Positions 37,289 through 46,751 are shown, counted from the first letter of the stretch. The stretch: 63,810 bases of DNA from Eubacteriales bacterium (GCA_045634425.1 JAZRAF010000097.1:1-63810), one strand, 5' to 3'. The notes: generated from the letters alone by a model not told the origin. Translations and numbers: made by a program.

Positions 37289-38723
37289 GCGTCTTAGCGA
37301 CGAAGAATTTTTCAAGCTGCGCCAGGAGGTGCTTGGTCAGTGGCCCACAGGTAAGGATGTAGACCTCGAGGAGGCGGTTGCTTACCACAAGGCAATGCCC
37401 GAGACCAAATGCTTCTCCAAGAAGCTTCTCGACGCAAAGCGCGAGGGCAAGACTCTCGTTCAGCCCCGTGCCGGCGTACCCGTAGTAGAAGAACACATCA
37501 AGCTTATGAAATACCTCGAGGAGTTCGGTGAGGCTGACCTTCTGCCCACCACTATCGACTCCTACACCCGTCAGAACCGCTACGTTGAGGCAGAGAACGG
37601 CATAGCAGAGTCCATTCGCCTTGGCAGAGCTATGATGAACGGATTTCCCGCAGTTAACCACGGTGTTGCAAAGTGCCGTCAGGTCATCGAAAGCGTCGGT
37701 GTTCCTATGCAGGTTCGTCACGGTACTCCCGATGCTCGCCTTCTGACTGAGATCGCTTATGCAGGCGGCTTTACCAGCTACGAGGGCGGCGGTATCTCCT
37801 ACAACCTTCCTTACTGCAAGAATATCCCCATGGAGCGCACCATTCGCGACTGGCAGTACGTTGACCGTCTTACCGGTCTTTACGAGGAGATGGGTGTTTC
37901 CATAAACAGAGAGCCCTACGGTCCTCTCACCGGAACTCTCGTTCCTCCCTGCATTTCCCACGCAGCAGCTATTATCGAGGCGCTCCTTGCAGCAGAGCAG
38001 GGCGTTAAGAATATCACCGTAGGCTACGGCCAGTGCGGAAACCTCGTTCAGGATATCGCAGCTATCAGAACTCTTGAGGAGCTCACCGATGAGTATCTTA
38101 AGAAGTACGGCTACGACGACGTTGAGGTAACCACCGTTCTCCATCAGTGGATGGGCGGTTTCCCTGCGGATGAGGCTAAGGCATTCGGCGTTATCTCCAG
38201 CGGTTCTCTTATCGCTGCGCTTTCCAAGGCAACCAAGGTTATCGTAAAGACTCCTCACGAGGCTGTAGGTATTCCTACCATGGAAGCAAACGCAGAGGGA
38301 CTTCGTTGTACCAAGCAGGTTGTAAATATGCTTGCTGACCAGACCTTCACTGATTCTCGTCTTGATGAGGAGAAGGAAATCATCCGTCTCGAGACCCGCG
38401 CGATCGTTGACAAGTGCTTCGAGCTTGGTAACGGTGATATCGCTGTCGGCGTTTGCCGCGGTGTTGCTGCAGGCGTTCTTGACGTTCCTTTCGCACCCTG
38501 CCGTGCGAATGCAGGCATTATGCTTCCTTGCCGTGACAACGACGGTGCGGTTCGTATCCTTAAGACCGGTAACCTTCCGTTCTCCAAGGAGCTTATCGAC
38601 TTCCACGCAAAGAAGATCGACGAGCGCGCAAAGGCAGAGAAGCGCGAGGCATCCTTCCAGATGGTTGTTGATGACGTTTATGCTATCGGTAAGGGCCGTC
38701 TTGTAGGCCGTCCCAAGTATTGA
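37272..38723 (+). CDS. glmE: Glutamate mutase epsilon (catalytic) subunit GlmE/MutE
   Basis: 483 aa. [57 protein letters not shown] and [20 protein letters not shown] match GlmE along the full length. Confidence 0.95.
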   Translation: MDIQNKRLSDEEFFKLRQEVLGQWPTGKDVDLEEAVAYHKAMPETKCFSKKLLDAKREGKTLVQPRAGVPVVEEHIKLMKYLEEFGEADLLPTTIDSYTRQNRYVEAENGIAESIRLGRAMMNGFPAVNHGVAKCRQVIESVGVPMQVRHGTPDARLLTEIAYAGGFTSYEGGGISYNLPYCKNIPMERTIRDWQYVDRLTGLYEEMGVSINREPYGPLTGTLVPPCISHAAAIIEALLAAEQGVKNITVGYGQCGNLVQDIAAIRTLEELTDEYLKKYGYDDVEVTTVLHQWMGGFPADEAKAFGVISSGSLIAALSKATKVIVKTPHEAVGIPTMEANAEGLRCTKQVVNMLADQTFTDSRLDEEKEIIRLETRAIVDKCFELGNGDIAVGVCRGVAAGVLDVPFAPCRANAGIMLPCRDNDGAVRILKTGNLPFSKELIDFHAKKIDERAKAEKREASFQMVVDDVYAIGKGRLVGRPKY

Positions 38724-38755
38724 TTATAAAATATACATAGGAGCTATACATTATC

Positions 38756-40009
38756 ATGAAGATCACTAACATTGTTTGCTCTGCGGGCCGTACCGGATTT
38801 TACTTCGACGACCAGAGAGCTATAAAGAACGGTGCCGGCCACGATGGCGTATTCTACGTAGGCGATCCTGTTACTGCAGGCTTTAAGTCTATCCGTCAGG
38901 CTGGTGAGTCCATCTCCGTAATGATCGTTCTTGAGGACGGTCAGATCGCATTCGGTGACTGTGCAGCAGTTCAGTACTCCGGTGCAGGCGGACGTGACCC
39001 TCTCTTCCTTGCAGAGGAGTTCATTCCCGTTATTGATAAGTACATCAAGCCCCAGCTTGTTGGCAAGGAGGCTGACAACTTCCGTAGCCTTTGCGCTATG
39101 ATGGAGGCTATTGAGATCAACGGCAAGCGTCTTCACACCGCTATCCGTTACGGCCTTTCTCAGGCTATTCTCGATGCAGTAGCAAAGGCTACCGGCAGAC
39201 TTATGTGTGAGGTTGTTGCTGATGAGTACGGTTGCACCGTAACCGAGAATCCCATTCCGATCTTCACCCAGTCCGGTGACGACCGTTACAACAACGCAGA
39301 TAAGATGATCATCAAGGGCGCGCAGGTTCTTCCTCACGCACTTATCAACCACGTTGAGACTAAGCTTGGTACTAAGGGTGAGAAGCTCGCTGAGTACATT
39401 GGCTGGCTTCGCGACCGTATCCTTGATAATAGAGAGGATCCCGATTATCTTCCCGTAATGCATATGGACGTTTACGGAACTATCGGCGCAATCTTCGGAA
39501 ATAACAACTACAAGGCTATGGCGGACTATATCGAGGAGCTTGGCAAGATTGCAAAGCCCTTCCACCTTCGCATCGAGGGTCCTATGGACTGCGATACCGA
39601 TAGAGAGACTCAGCTCGTTGCTCTTGCGGGACTTACCAAGGAGCTTGACGACCGTGGATGCGACGTAGAGCTCGTTGCTGACGAGTGGTGCAACACCCTT
39701 GAGGATATCAAGCTCTTCGCTGACCACAAGGCCGGCCATATGGTACAGATCAAGACTCCCGACCTTGGCGGTATCAACAATACCATCGAGGCAGTTCTTT
39801 ACTGTAAGGAAAAGGGTATCGGCGCTTACCAGGGCGGTACCTGTAACGAGACCGACAGATCTGCACAGGTTTGCGTACATTGCGCAATGGCAACTCAGCC
39901 CGTTCAGATCCTTGCAAAGCCCGGCATGGGCGTTGACGAGGGTTATATGATCGTCTACAACGAGATGAACCGTATAATCGCAATGCGCAAGGCTAAAGCA
40001 GCTAAGTAA
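38756..40009 (+). CDS. mal: Methylaspartate ammonia-lyase
   Basis: 417 aa. GFYFDDQRAIK.GAGHDG, DCAAVQYSGAGGRDPLFLA, LHTAIRYGLSQAILDAVA, HMVQIKTPDLGG and LAKPGMGVDEG match clostridial MAL. Confidence 0.95.
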   Translation: MKITNIVCSAGRTGFYFDDQRAIKNGAGHDGVFYVGDPVTAGFKSIRQAGESISVMIVLEDGQIAFGDCAAVQYSGAGGRDPLFLAEEFIPVIDKYIKPQLVGKEADNFRSLCAMMEAIEINGKRLHTAIRYGLSQAILDAVAKATGRLMCEVVADEYGCTVTENPIPIFTQSGDDRYNNADKMIIKGAQVLPHALINHVETKLGTKGEKLAEYIGWLRDRILDNREDPDYLPVMHMDVYGTIGAIFGNNNYKAMADYIEELGKIAKPFHLRIEGPMDCDTDRETQLVALAGLTKELDDRGCDVELVADEWCNTLEDIKLFADHKAGHMVQIKTPDLGGINNTIEAVLYCKEKGIGAYQGGTCNETDRSAQVCVHCAMATQPVQILAKPGMGVDEGYMIVYNEMNRIIAMRKAKAAK

Positions 40010-40020
40010 TTAAACATTTT

Positions 40021-40052
40021 AAAAGGCAGAGTCAATTACGGCTCTGCCTTTT
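40021..40052 (+). terminator. Rho-independent terminator after mal
   Basis: Stem aaaaggcagag/ctctgcctttt, 10-nt loop. Confidence 0.75.
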
Positions 40053-40139
40053 GTCATCAAATCTAATTTAAAGTATAAATCTCCTTGTTTTACAGATACT
40101 AACAACACAGGAATCTGTAATTTAAGGAGATTTATATAT

Positions 40140-40691
40140 ATGAAAGCCACAGGAATTGTCCGCAGGATCGATGACCTCGGACGAGTTGTTATACCTAAAG
40201 AAATCCGTCGTACGATGCGAATACGCGAGGGCGACCCGCTTGAGATCTACACCGACCGTGACGGTGAGGTGATATTTAAAAAGTATTCACCGATCGGTGA
40301 GCTCCACGCATTCGCCACTGAATATGCCGAAACACTTCAGAAGACCTCCGGAATGCCGATATTTATTTGCGACCGCGATGCGATAATCGCTGTATCGGGC
40401 GCTTCAAAGCGCGAATATATCGATAGAAAAATATCAAGCTCGCTTGAAGAGATAATCGATTCTCGAGCGCTTTATCAGCGTGACAGCGGTAAGGAAACGA
40501 TCGCTTTGACCGATGACGGCGGGCACTACGTAAGCTGCGCGATGCCTATCATTTCCGAGGGGGATATAACGGGTGCTGTGATCTCTGCGTGGCAGTATGA
40601 CGCCCCCACAACCGACAAGATAGCAGATGCGGTAGAGTCGAAGCTTATACAAACTGCCGGAATTTTTCTTGGCAAACAGATGGAATCATAA
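40140..40691 (+). CDS. spoVT: Stage V sporulation protein T (AbrB-family regulator)
   Basis: 183 aa. N-terminal swapped-hairpin domain MKATGIVRRIDDLGRVVIPKEIRRTMRIREGDPLEIY plus a GAF-like C-terminal domain. Confidence 0.9.
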   Translation: MKATGIVRRIDDLGRVVIPKEIRRTMRIREGDPLEIYTDRDGEVIFKKYSPIGELHAFATEYAETLQKTSGMPIFICDRDAIIAVSGASKREYIDRKISSSLEEIIDSRALYQRDSGKETIALTDDGGHYVSCAMPIISEGDITGAVISAWQYDAPTTDKIADAVESKLIQTAGIFLGKQMES

Positions 40692-40696
40692 CAAAC

Positions 40697-40726
40697 AAAA
40701 GGTTGCTACCACGGTAGCAACCTTTT
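40697..40726. terminator. Bidirectional terminator between spoVT and the convergent DUF3048-like gene
   Basis: Near-perfect palindrome aaaaggttgctacc ac ggtagcaacctttt. Confidence 0.75.
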
Positions 40727-40729
40727 GTA

Positions 40730-41875
40730 TTAGCTAAAGGAAATATTAGCAGCAAGCGACGCCTTGAAATAAGCGATATAAGCGTTGCCGCGGTTAACGG
40801 TAAGCGTCTCTCCCATAAGGTTTTTAAATACAAGCTCACCGCTTTTTGTCGTTGACCAAACGAATTCGCAAAGTCCGCCGTTTGAAATGTAATATCCGCG
40901 CCCACCGGAAACTGTGTCTATTACAAGCTCGGTGCCGTCGGAGTTCTCGTATGTAGTCGCGTTCGCAAACAGGATAAACACGTTTTTAAATGATACGTTC
41001 TCGCCGGTGAGCATATCCATACGGCGGTTGTCGCCCTTGTAATAGAGATATTTACCGCTTCCTTCGTGATAGTAAAGATTAGTGGTGTTATCTGCGGAAT
41101 AGGGAATACAAACCGTTGTAGCGTCGGTCACACCCGTTATACGCTCATCAGAAAAGGCGTAGGGTGCATCCTTGTATGTCGTAAGGTTTGCCGATGCTGA
41201 CATCCTGTTTTCGGCTATATCGACCATATTCTCCGAGGTGTAGACGTAAAGCGTATTCTCCACGTAATAGCAATCTGAATATTGCGAAAGGTCAAGGACT
41301 ATCTTGTCCGTTTCCCAAACGTTGTAAACGACCTTATCGTCGTTTCCGTATGAGATAACAACACCGCCAAAAAAGTTTGACATATTTGATATGAAGTTTC
41401 TTGTCGACTTGAGCGACCCGATCTTCCACATAACTTCCTTGTTCGTCGTGTACGCCAGCAGGCGCGAGGTGCCGTCCTCAATAGGGAACTCGATCATAAG
41501 ATCTGATTTTGATACGCCGTAAAGTGGGCGCTGCGGATCTACGACAATTCCTTGCGGAACGGAGTTGTATTCCTCCTCCGTAACCCTTTCTCCCGTAATT
41601 TTGCTCAAAAAAATATCCTCCGGCTCGGGAGTGCTCGGAGGTGTCAATTCTTCATCTGATGATATGTTATTGTCGGTGTTGCCACCGCCGTTTGCGCTTG
41701 TGCCGTCTTTATTTTCATCGGCTTGGTCGGTATTGTTGCCGACATCACCGCTATCTGGCTGCGTTGGTGTGCTTTCTCTGCCACTTGCTGCAAAACCCAC
41801 CGCCGAAGCAACGAGAATTGTAATAAGAAGCAGGGAAAGGAATTTGTAGAAACCTTTTAGCTTCAAGTTTTTCAT
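40730..41875 (-). CDS. Membrane-anchored secreted protein, DUF3048 (YerB-like) family
   Basis: 381 aa. N-terminal signal anchor, low-complexity S/T/P/D/N linker, then a domain with ...VVDPQRPLYGVSKSDLMIEFPIEDGTSRLLAY... that resembles DUF3048. Confidence 0.65.
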   Translation of the reverse strand: MKNLKLKGFYKFLSLLLITILVASAVGFAASGRESTPTQPDSGDVGNNTDQADENKDGTSANGGGNTDNNISSDEELTPPSTPEPEDIFLSKITGERVTEEEYNSVPQGIVVDPQRPLYGVSKSDLMIEFPIEDGTSRLLAYTTNKEVMWKIGSLKSTRNFISNMSNFFGGVVISYGNDDKVVYNVWETDKIVLDLSQYSDCYYVENTLYVYTSENMVDIAENRMSASANLTTYKDAPYAFSDERITGVTDATTVCIPYSADNTTNLYYHEGSGKYLYYKGDNRRMDMLTGENVSFKNVFILFANATTYENSDGTELVIDTVSGGRGYYISNGGLCEFVWSTTKSGELVFKNLMGETLTVNRGNAYIAYFKASLAANISFS

Positions 41876-41920
41876 TTTTACCTCCTTGCGTGCCTACGTA
41901 AGGCACGCACGCTTGAAAAA

Positions 41921-42202
41921 TCAGACGCGACGCTCCAACCAAGCGTGAGCGGTCTCGAGTGCGTCTATAAGGCTCGTCGACATAATATTCTTCTCGGGCA
42001 TAATAGAGCCGTTGGGGACGAGCTGTACTACTATTTTGTCGGGAATCATAGTTCCTTTTACTTCTTTTTCGCTCATTACGATCATATGAACGTGATATTT
42101 TGCTGACATATCGCCGTAGTAAATATCACCGTCGTGACGAACGAGCGGTCTACCCTTGTATTCAAGGAATTCTTCGTTAGTTACGCCTTCTGCGTTTAAC
42201 AT
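41921..42202 (-). CDS. Small hypothetical protein (93 aa)
   Basis: ORF with an aaggag RBS 7 nt before the ATG. No family recognised. It has its own promoter-like sequence upstream. Confidence 0.5.
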   Translation of the reverse strand: MLNAEGVTNEEFLEYKGRPLVRHDGDIYYGDMSAKYHVHMIVMSEKEVKGTMIPDKIVVQLVPNGSIMPEKNIMSTSLIDALETAHAWLERRV

Positions 42203-42326
42203 AAATTGACTCCTTTCTGTTTATTTGAAAACGACGGCGTATAAGTCCGTTTCGATAAAAGCATACCAAACTTGTCCGCGCTTGTAAATAGCTTCGACAA
42301 AACTTGTGCTTGTTAATATATCGACC

Positions 42327-43535
42327 TTATACGTCCTTCTTTACAAAAGGTGTCCTTTTGTAAATGCTTCCTGCGGGTGCCGGGGTCGGCTTTGTCAGCT
42401 GACTTACCGCATCAGCCTTGTCGGAGAGCGCCTTCTGCTTTACAGAAATAGCAGAGCAGGGGGCATCCGAGGGCCTTGTAAGCACCGAGAGGTTGCTCGA
42501 TTTCTTGATTCTTTTAAGTAAAGCCTGACCAACTTTATCCATCGCAAGCACCTGCGTGTATTCGGGTAATGCTCTTACGTCGGAGGAGGTAACGCCGAGT
42601 AATGAGTACCAGATACCGCGCTTGATCCTGGCGGTGGTGTATTTCTTTGTTGCGGTAAGCTCTACCAAAGAGTTAATACTTGTTGCCTCAAGATTTTTGT
42701 TCTTAAGACGGTTATATAAACCACCGCAAACGTCGTGAATATCACGATCGTCGGCAGTGAAATTTAACGTGAATGATGCTGCAACCGCGGGATACAGAGC
42801 CTCACTGTCACAGGGAAATGCGCCTTTATTCTGTTCGCTTAAAATGCATTCAAATACATCTTTTGGAATAAAATCCTCGGCAGAATTCGAATTATCGGAA
42901 AATAAGTTTCTTATCGCCGTTGCACTTTGGATGCTACCTTGGGTGACGTTTTCCTCGTTGTAGTCAGCGCCTGTGCGCTTAATGGTAAAGGGAGCGATAG
43001 TGCTGCCAAGTGCGTAAAGCGCCTTGATATATTCAACAGCGAGAATGTTATTTGAGCTCGAGATGGGAGGCACTGTACCGTACACGTTTTTATACGCAAG
43101 CTCTCTGATCTCAGCGTATCCAAGGTTGTCACACTCGGTAGTGAGTCGTGCGATTTCTGCATCTATCTCGGGCGAGCACAAATTGCGCGCCGTTTCTTCA
43201 AGTAGCGTAATATCACCCGATTCGCTGCCAAACGCAATAACGTCTACAACACCGATCTCGTTTGCTATATGCACGCCTGCATTAGCGAAGAATTCTGCGC
43301 TCGACATCGAGTAGGGAAAGGGAAGCTCTAATACGAGGTTTACGCCGCAACGCACTGCAGATTCAGCGCGTGCCCACTTGTCCATTATTGCAATATCGCC
43401 GCGCTGTGTGAAGTTGCTACTCATTATCGCAATTATTGCAGTATCAGCACCAAAATGCTCACGGATCTTCTCGATCTGATAAAGATGACCGTTGTGAAAG
43501 GGATTATATTCCGATATTATTGCAACGGTTTTCAT
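42327..43535 (-). CDS. tmcAL: tRNA(Met) cytidine acetate ligase TmcAL (YlbM/UPF0348)
   Basis: 402 aa from the ATG after a gaggaag RBS. MKTVAIISEYNPFHNGHLYQI signature. The ORF opens 4 codons earlier at a GTG. Confidence 0.85.
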   Translation of the reverse strand: MKTVAIISEYNPFHNGHLYQIEKIREHFGADTAIIAIMSSNFTQRGDIAIMDKWARAESAVRCGVNLVLELPFPYSMSSAEFFANAGVHIANEIGVVDVIAFGSESGDITLLEETARNLCSPEIDAEIARLTTECDNLGYAEIRELAYKNVYGTVPPISSSNNILAVEYIKALYALGSTIAPFTIKRTGADYNEENVTQGSIQSATAIRNLFSDNSNSAEDFIPKDVFECILSEQNKGAFPCDSEALYPAVAASFTLNFTADDRDIHDVCGGLYNRLKNKNLEATSINSLVELTATKKYTTARIKRGIWYSLLGVTSSDVRALPEYTQVLAMDKVGQALLKRIKKSSNLSVLTRPSDAPCSAISVKQKALSDKADAVSQLTKPTPAPAGSIYKRTPFVKKDV

Positions 43536-43565
43536 CAGCTTCCTCACTAAAGTTTATTTTTTATC

Positions 43566-43594
43566 TTGAAATACGGGAATTTTTGTTGTATAAT
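43566..43594 (+). promoter_or_regulatory. Sigma-A-type promoter for ackA
   Basis: TTGAAA (43566-43571), 17-nt spacer, TATAAT (43589-43594). Confidence 0.55.
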
Positions 43595-43626
43595 GTATGA
43601 GTAATACAAATTTTAAGGAGAAGAAT

Positions 43627-44838
43627 ATGAAAGTTCTTGTTGTTAACGCAGGATCCAGCTCGCTTAAGTATCAGCTTCTTGACACCGATAGCGGCAACGT
43701 TCTTGCAAAGGGAAACTGTGAGCGTATCGGTATCGAAGGCTCCAGAATCATTCACAAAACCGCAGGAAGAGATGAATACATCAAAGAGACCGTGCTTGCA
43801 GATCACTCTGCCGCAACCCGTCTTGTTGTAGATACTCTTCTTGACGCAACTGTTGGTTGCATTAAGTCTGCCGACGAGATCGAGGCTATCGGCCACAGAG
43901 TCGTTCACGGCGGTCCTTACTTCAGCGGCTCTATGCTCGCTACTCCCGAGGTTATGGAAAAGCTCGAGCAGTGCACTTCCTACGCACCTCTTCACACCCC
44001 CGCACACATAATGGGTATCAAGGGCTGCACCGCAGCAATGCCCACCACTCCCCAGGTTCTCGTATTTGATACCGCATTCCATCAGACTATGTCGCCTGAG
44101 GTTTATATGTACGGTCTTTCCTACGATATGTACGAGGAGTACGGCATCCGTCGTTACGGTGCACACGGTACCTCTCACAGATACGTAAGCGGCGAGATGA
44201 TCAAGATTATGGGCGGCAATCCCGAGGGCACTAAGATCGTAACCTGTCACATCGGTAACGGCTCGTCTATCAGTGCTGTAAAGGACGGCAAGTGCGTTGA
44301 TACCTCTATGGGCTTTACTCCTCTTGAGGGCGTTATGATGGGTACCAGATGCGGTTCTATCGACCCCGCTATTGTAACCTTCATTATGGAAAAGAAGAAC
44401 TACACCACTAAGGAAGTAGATAACTACCTCAACAAGAAGTGCGGCTTCGACGGCATCAGCGGCGTTGGCTCTGACTCACGTGACCTTGAGCGTGCAATTG
44501 GCGAGGGTAATGAGCGCGCTAAGCTCGCATACGATATGCTTTGCTACCAGATCAAGAAGTACATAGGTGCGTACTCCGCAGCTATGGGTGGCGTTAACGC
44601 TATCGTATTTACCGCAGGTATTGGTGAGCACTCTCCCATTATCAGAGAGACCGCTCTTGCAGGCCTTGAGTACCTCGGCGTTAAGCTCGATAAGGAGAGA
44701 AACACCTTCGGACACTCTTCCGTGCCCGTAAAGCTTTCTGCTGACGATTCTGCAGTAGCAGTTTATATGATCCCCACCAACGAGGAGCTCGTTATCGCAC
44801 AGGATACCGCGCGCATCGTAAGTGAGATGAATGCATAA
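43627..44838 (+). CDS. ackA: Acetate kinase
   Basis: 403 aa. MKVLVVNAGSSSLKYQL, HRVVHGG, YGAHGTSHRY, and EELVIAQDT at the C-terminus. Confidence 0.96.
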   Translation: MKVLVVNAGSSSLKYQLLDTDSGNVLAKGNCERIGIEGSRIIHKTAGRDEYIKETVLADHSAATRLVVDTLLDATVGCIKSADEIEAIGHRVVHGGPYFSGSMLATPEVMEKLEQCTSYAPLHTPAHIMGIKGCTAAMPTTPQVLVFDTAFHQTMSPEVYMYGLSYDMYEEYGIRRYGAHGTSHRYVSGEMIKIMGGNPEGTKIVTCHIGNGSSISAVKDGKCVDTSMGFTPLEGVMMGTRCGSIDPAIVTFIMEKKNYTTKEVDNYLNKKCGFDGISGVGSDSRDLERAIGEGNERAKLAYDMLCYQIKKYIGAYSAAMGGVNAIVFTAGIGEHSPIIRETALAGLEYLGVKLDKERNTFGHSSVPVKLSADDSAVAVYMIPTNEELVIAQDTARIVSEMNA

Positions 44839-44845
44839 TTTAACA

Positions 44846-44884
44846 AGAGCTCACGGCCTTAGTGTCGTGGGCTCTTATTATTTT
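44846..44884 (+). terminator. Terminator after ackA
   Basis: Stem gagctcacg/cgtgggctc (one G-U pair), 10-nt loop, T-rich tail. Confidence 0.65.
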
Positions 44885-44927
44885 AGCATATTAAAGTGTA
44901 AATGTCAAGAAACGACAGTGCAATAAT

Positions 44928-46007
44928 TTAAAGTGAAAGCTTTTTCTTTATTTCTGACACGCAAACGCCGTATGCTTCGTCGTTTTTTGAAAAATCCATC
45001 GCTGCCGAGTATATCCTCTCGAGCTTAAAATGTTCCTCGGACGCCTTCTTAAATTCCTCGGCACTGCTCCAAAGCATCGCCTCACGCTCTCGCCACAAAA
45101 ACTCCAAGCGATCCCTTTTCTCGCTTAAGCGCCTTTGGTCAAGAAAAGCAGACGTGTCTATGACCTTATCATCGGGAAATCTCGATGAACGCTCAGTTGT
45201 AAACGCAAGACCGCACGAGTGGATGAATACCGCATCAGCCTTCGTTCCGTCAGGTGCCGAAGGGAATAGGGTATAGTTCGCACCGATGCACCTCAGCTCA
45301 TCAACCACACGCGCCATAAAGACGTACTCACTGCCATAAACGCCAACTACCGAGTAAACCTCGCTTGCAATATTGCTTACCGTGCTAAGCGTGCTGAAGC
45401 CGTCCTTGCCAAATGCACTTTCAAGCCTGACATTCACGCTTCGGACTCCCGGTGTTACATCGTGCAACAGAGAGCGAATTTTATCCTCATCTTTCGAGCC
45501 GTAGATATCGTTTATCGTTGCGTCTGCCTTTTTTGTCAATTCACCTGCAATAGTCAGGTAGTCGTACGCGCACTTGTAGTAACCTGACTTCTTTTTGCCA
45601 AGCTCTTTAATCGTGTCAACGTTGCCCGCAAGTATTTCTTCATCCCAATTATCACCAAGATTTATAATTTTGTCGATCGCGCCCGGAAATATCGGATCGC
45701 GCGAGTGTGGGGAAGTGCCGTCTATCACCCCGATGCGGCGCTCTCCTTTTTTTATTATAACGCCGTCAAGCGATGCCGGATCCGAGGAGCAAAATATCGC
45801 CTCGCATTCGTCAACCTGTGTCTCAAGCTCCGCCAAAAGCCTTTTCATAAAGCTGCTTTTTCCCGTTCCGGGGCCACCCTTTAAAATGTAAAGAGAAGTG
45901 TACTCGCTAGGATCGAATATCTTATCAAAATAGCTTCTGAAGCCGCTATATCCGTTCGCCGCTGCAAAAAAAGAAAGCCTTGTAATTGCTGTGCTTTTGT
46001 TACTCAT
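44928..46007 (-). CDS. Conserved P-loop ATPase of unknown function
   Basis: 359 aa. FAAANGYSGFRSYFDKIF...LYILKGGPGTGKSSFMKRL...CSSDPASLDGVII...GVIDGTSPHSRDP. The layout matches a conserved Bacillus/Clostridium hypothetical ATPase family. Confidence 0.7.
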   Translation of the reverse strand: MSNKSTAITRLSFFAAANGYSGFRSYFDKIFDPSEYTSLYILKGGPGTGKSSFMKRLLAELETQVDECEAIFCSSDPASLDGVIIKKGERRIGVIDGTSPHSRDPIFPGAIDKIINLGDNWDEEILAGNVDTIKELGKKKSGYYKCAYDYLTIAGELTKKADATINDIYGSKDEDKIRSLLHDVTPGVRSVNVRLESAFGKDGFSTLSTVSNIASEVYSVVGVYGSEYVFMARVVDELRCIGANYTLFPSAPDGTKADAVFIHSCGLAFTTERSSRFPDDKVIDTSAFLDQRRLSEKRDRLEFLWREREAMLWSSAEEFKKASEEHFKLERIYSAAMDFSKNDEAYGVCVSEIKKKLSL

Positions 46008-46136
46008 ACGTAAAACCTCCGTGTTTTCTACTTTATTATATTATTTTCATATACTTTTGCTTACATTCTCTTGACTTTTTGAGGATAAATATTGTATAAT
46101 AACTATGTATACAAATATAATGGGAGGTTATGTGCG

Positions 46137-46736
46137 ATGATAGTTTTAGGTCTTGCAGGCGGAAGCGGCTCAGGAAAAACAACGGTATCTTCCTTGTTTT
46201 CAAAGCACGGTATAATGCCCGTAAATACCGATGAAATTTATCACGACCTGACCTCGTCGAAAACTGCGTGTCTTGCTTCTATCGTCGAGGAGTTTGGAAC
46301 CGGTGTTCTGAACAAGGGCGGCACACTTGACCGCAAGGCTCTCGGTGCTATCGTTTTTTCAGATTCTGAAAAGCTGGGAAGGTTGAATACTATCTCTCAT
46401 TATTACGTTTTATGCGCCGTGCGTGAAATAATTTCCGACGCGGAGGCTCGCGGATATTTCGGCGTTATCGTTGATGCACCGTTGCTTTTTGAATCCGGCT
46501 TTGACCGTGAGTGTGACGCTATCGTCGCAGTCGTCGCAGCTAAAGATAAAAGGGTAGAGCGAATCACAAAAAGAGATGGTATATCCGCCGCCGATGCAAA
46601 CAGGCGTATCGCAAACCAGCTTTCTGATGAATTTCTTTCGTCGAGAGCAGATTACGTCATAACCAACAACTCGACCACAAAGGAGCTTACAGAGCAGGTC
46701 GAGCGCGTGGTTAGCTTAATTAAGAATAATAAATAA
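46137..46736 (+). CDS. coaE: Dephospho-CoA kinase
   Basis: 199 aa from ATG 46137, after a gggagg RBS. MIVLGLAGGSGSGKTTV, and DAPLLFESGFD. Confidence 0.9.
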   Translation: MIVLGLAGGSGSGKTTVSSLFSKHGIMPVNTDEIYHDLTSSKTACLASIVEEFGTGVLNKGGTLDRKALGAIVFSDSEKLGRLNTISHYYVLCAVREIISDAEARGYFGVIVDAPLLFESGFDRECDAIVAVVAAKDKRVERITKRDGISAADANRRIANQLSDEFLSSRADYVITNNSTTKELTEQVERVVSLIKNNK

Positions 46737-46751
46737 AGTGAGGATAAAATT

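Noticed and set aside
37242-39880. Two antisense ORFs (454 and 378 aa) opposite glmE and mal.
   Set aside because: Both are in register with sense genes that match clostridial GlmE and methylaspartase along their full length. The antisense products have no recognisable domains.
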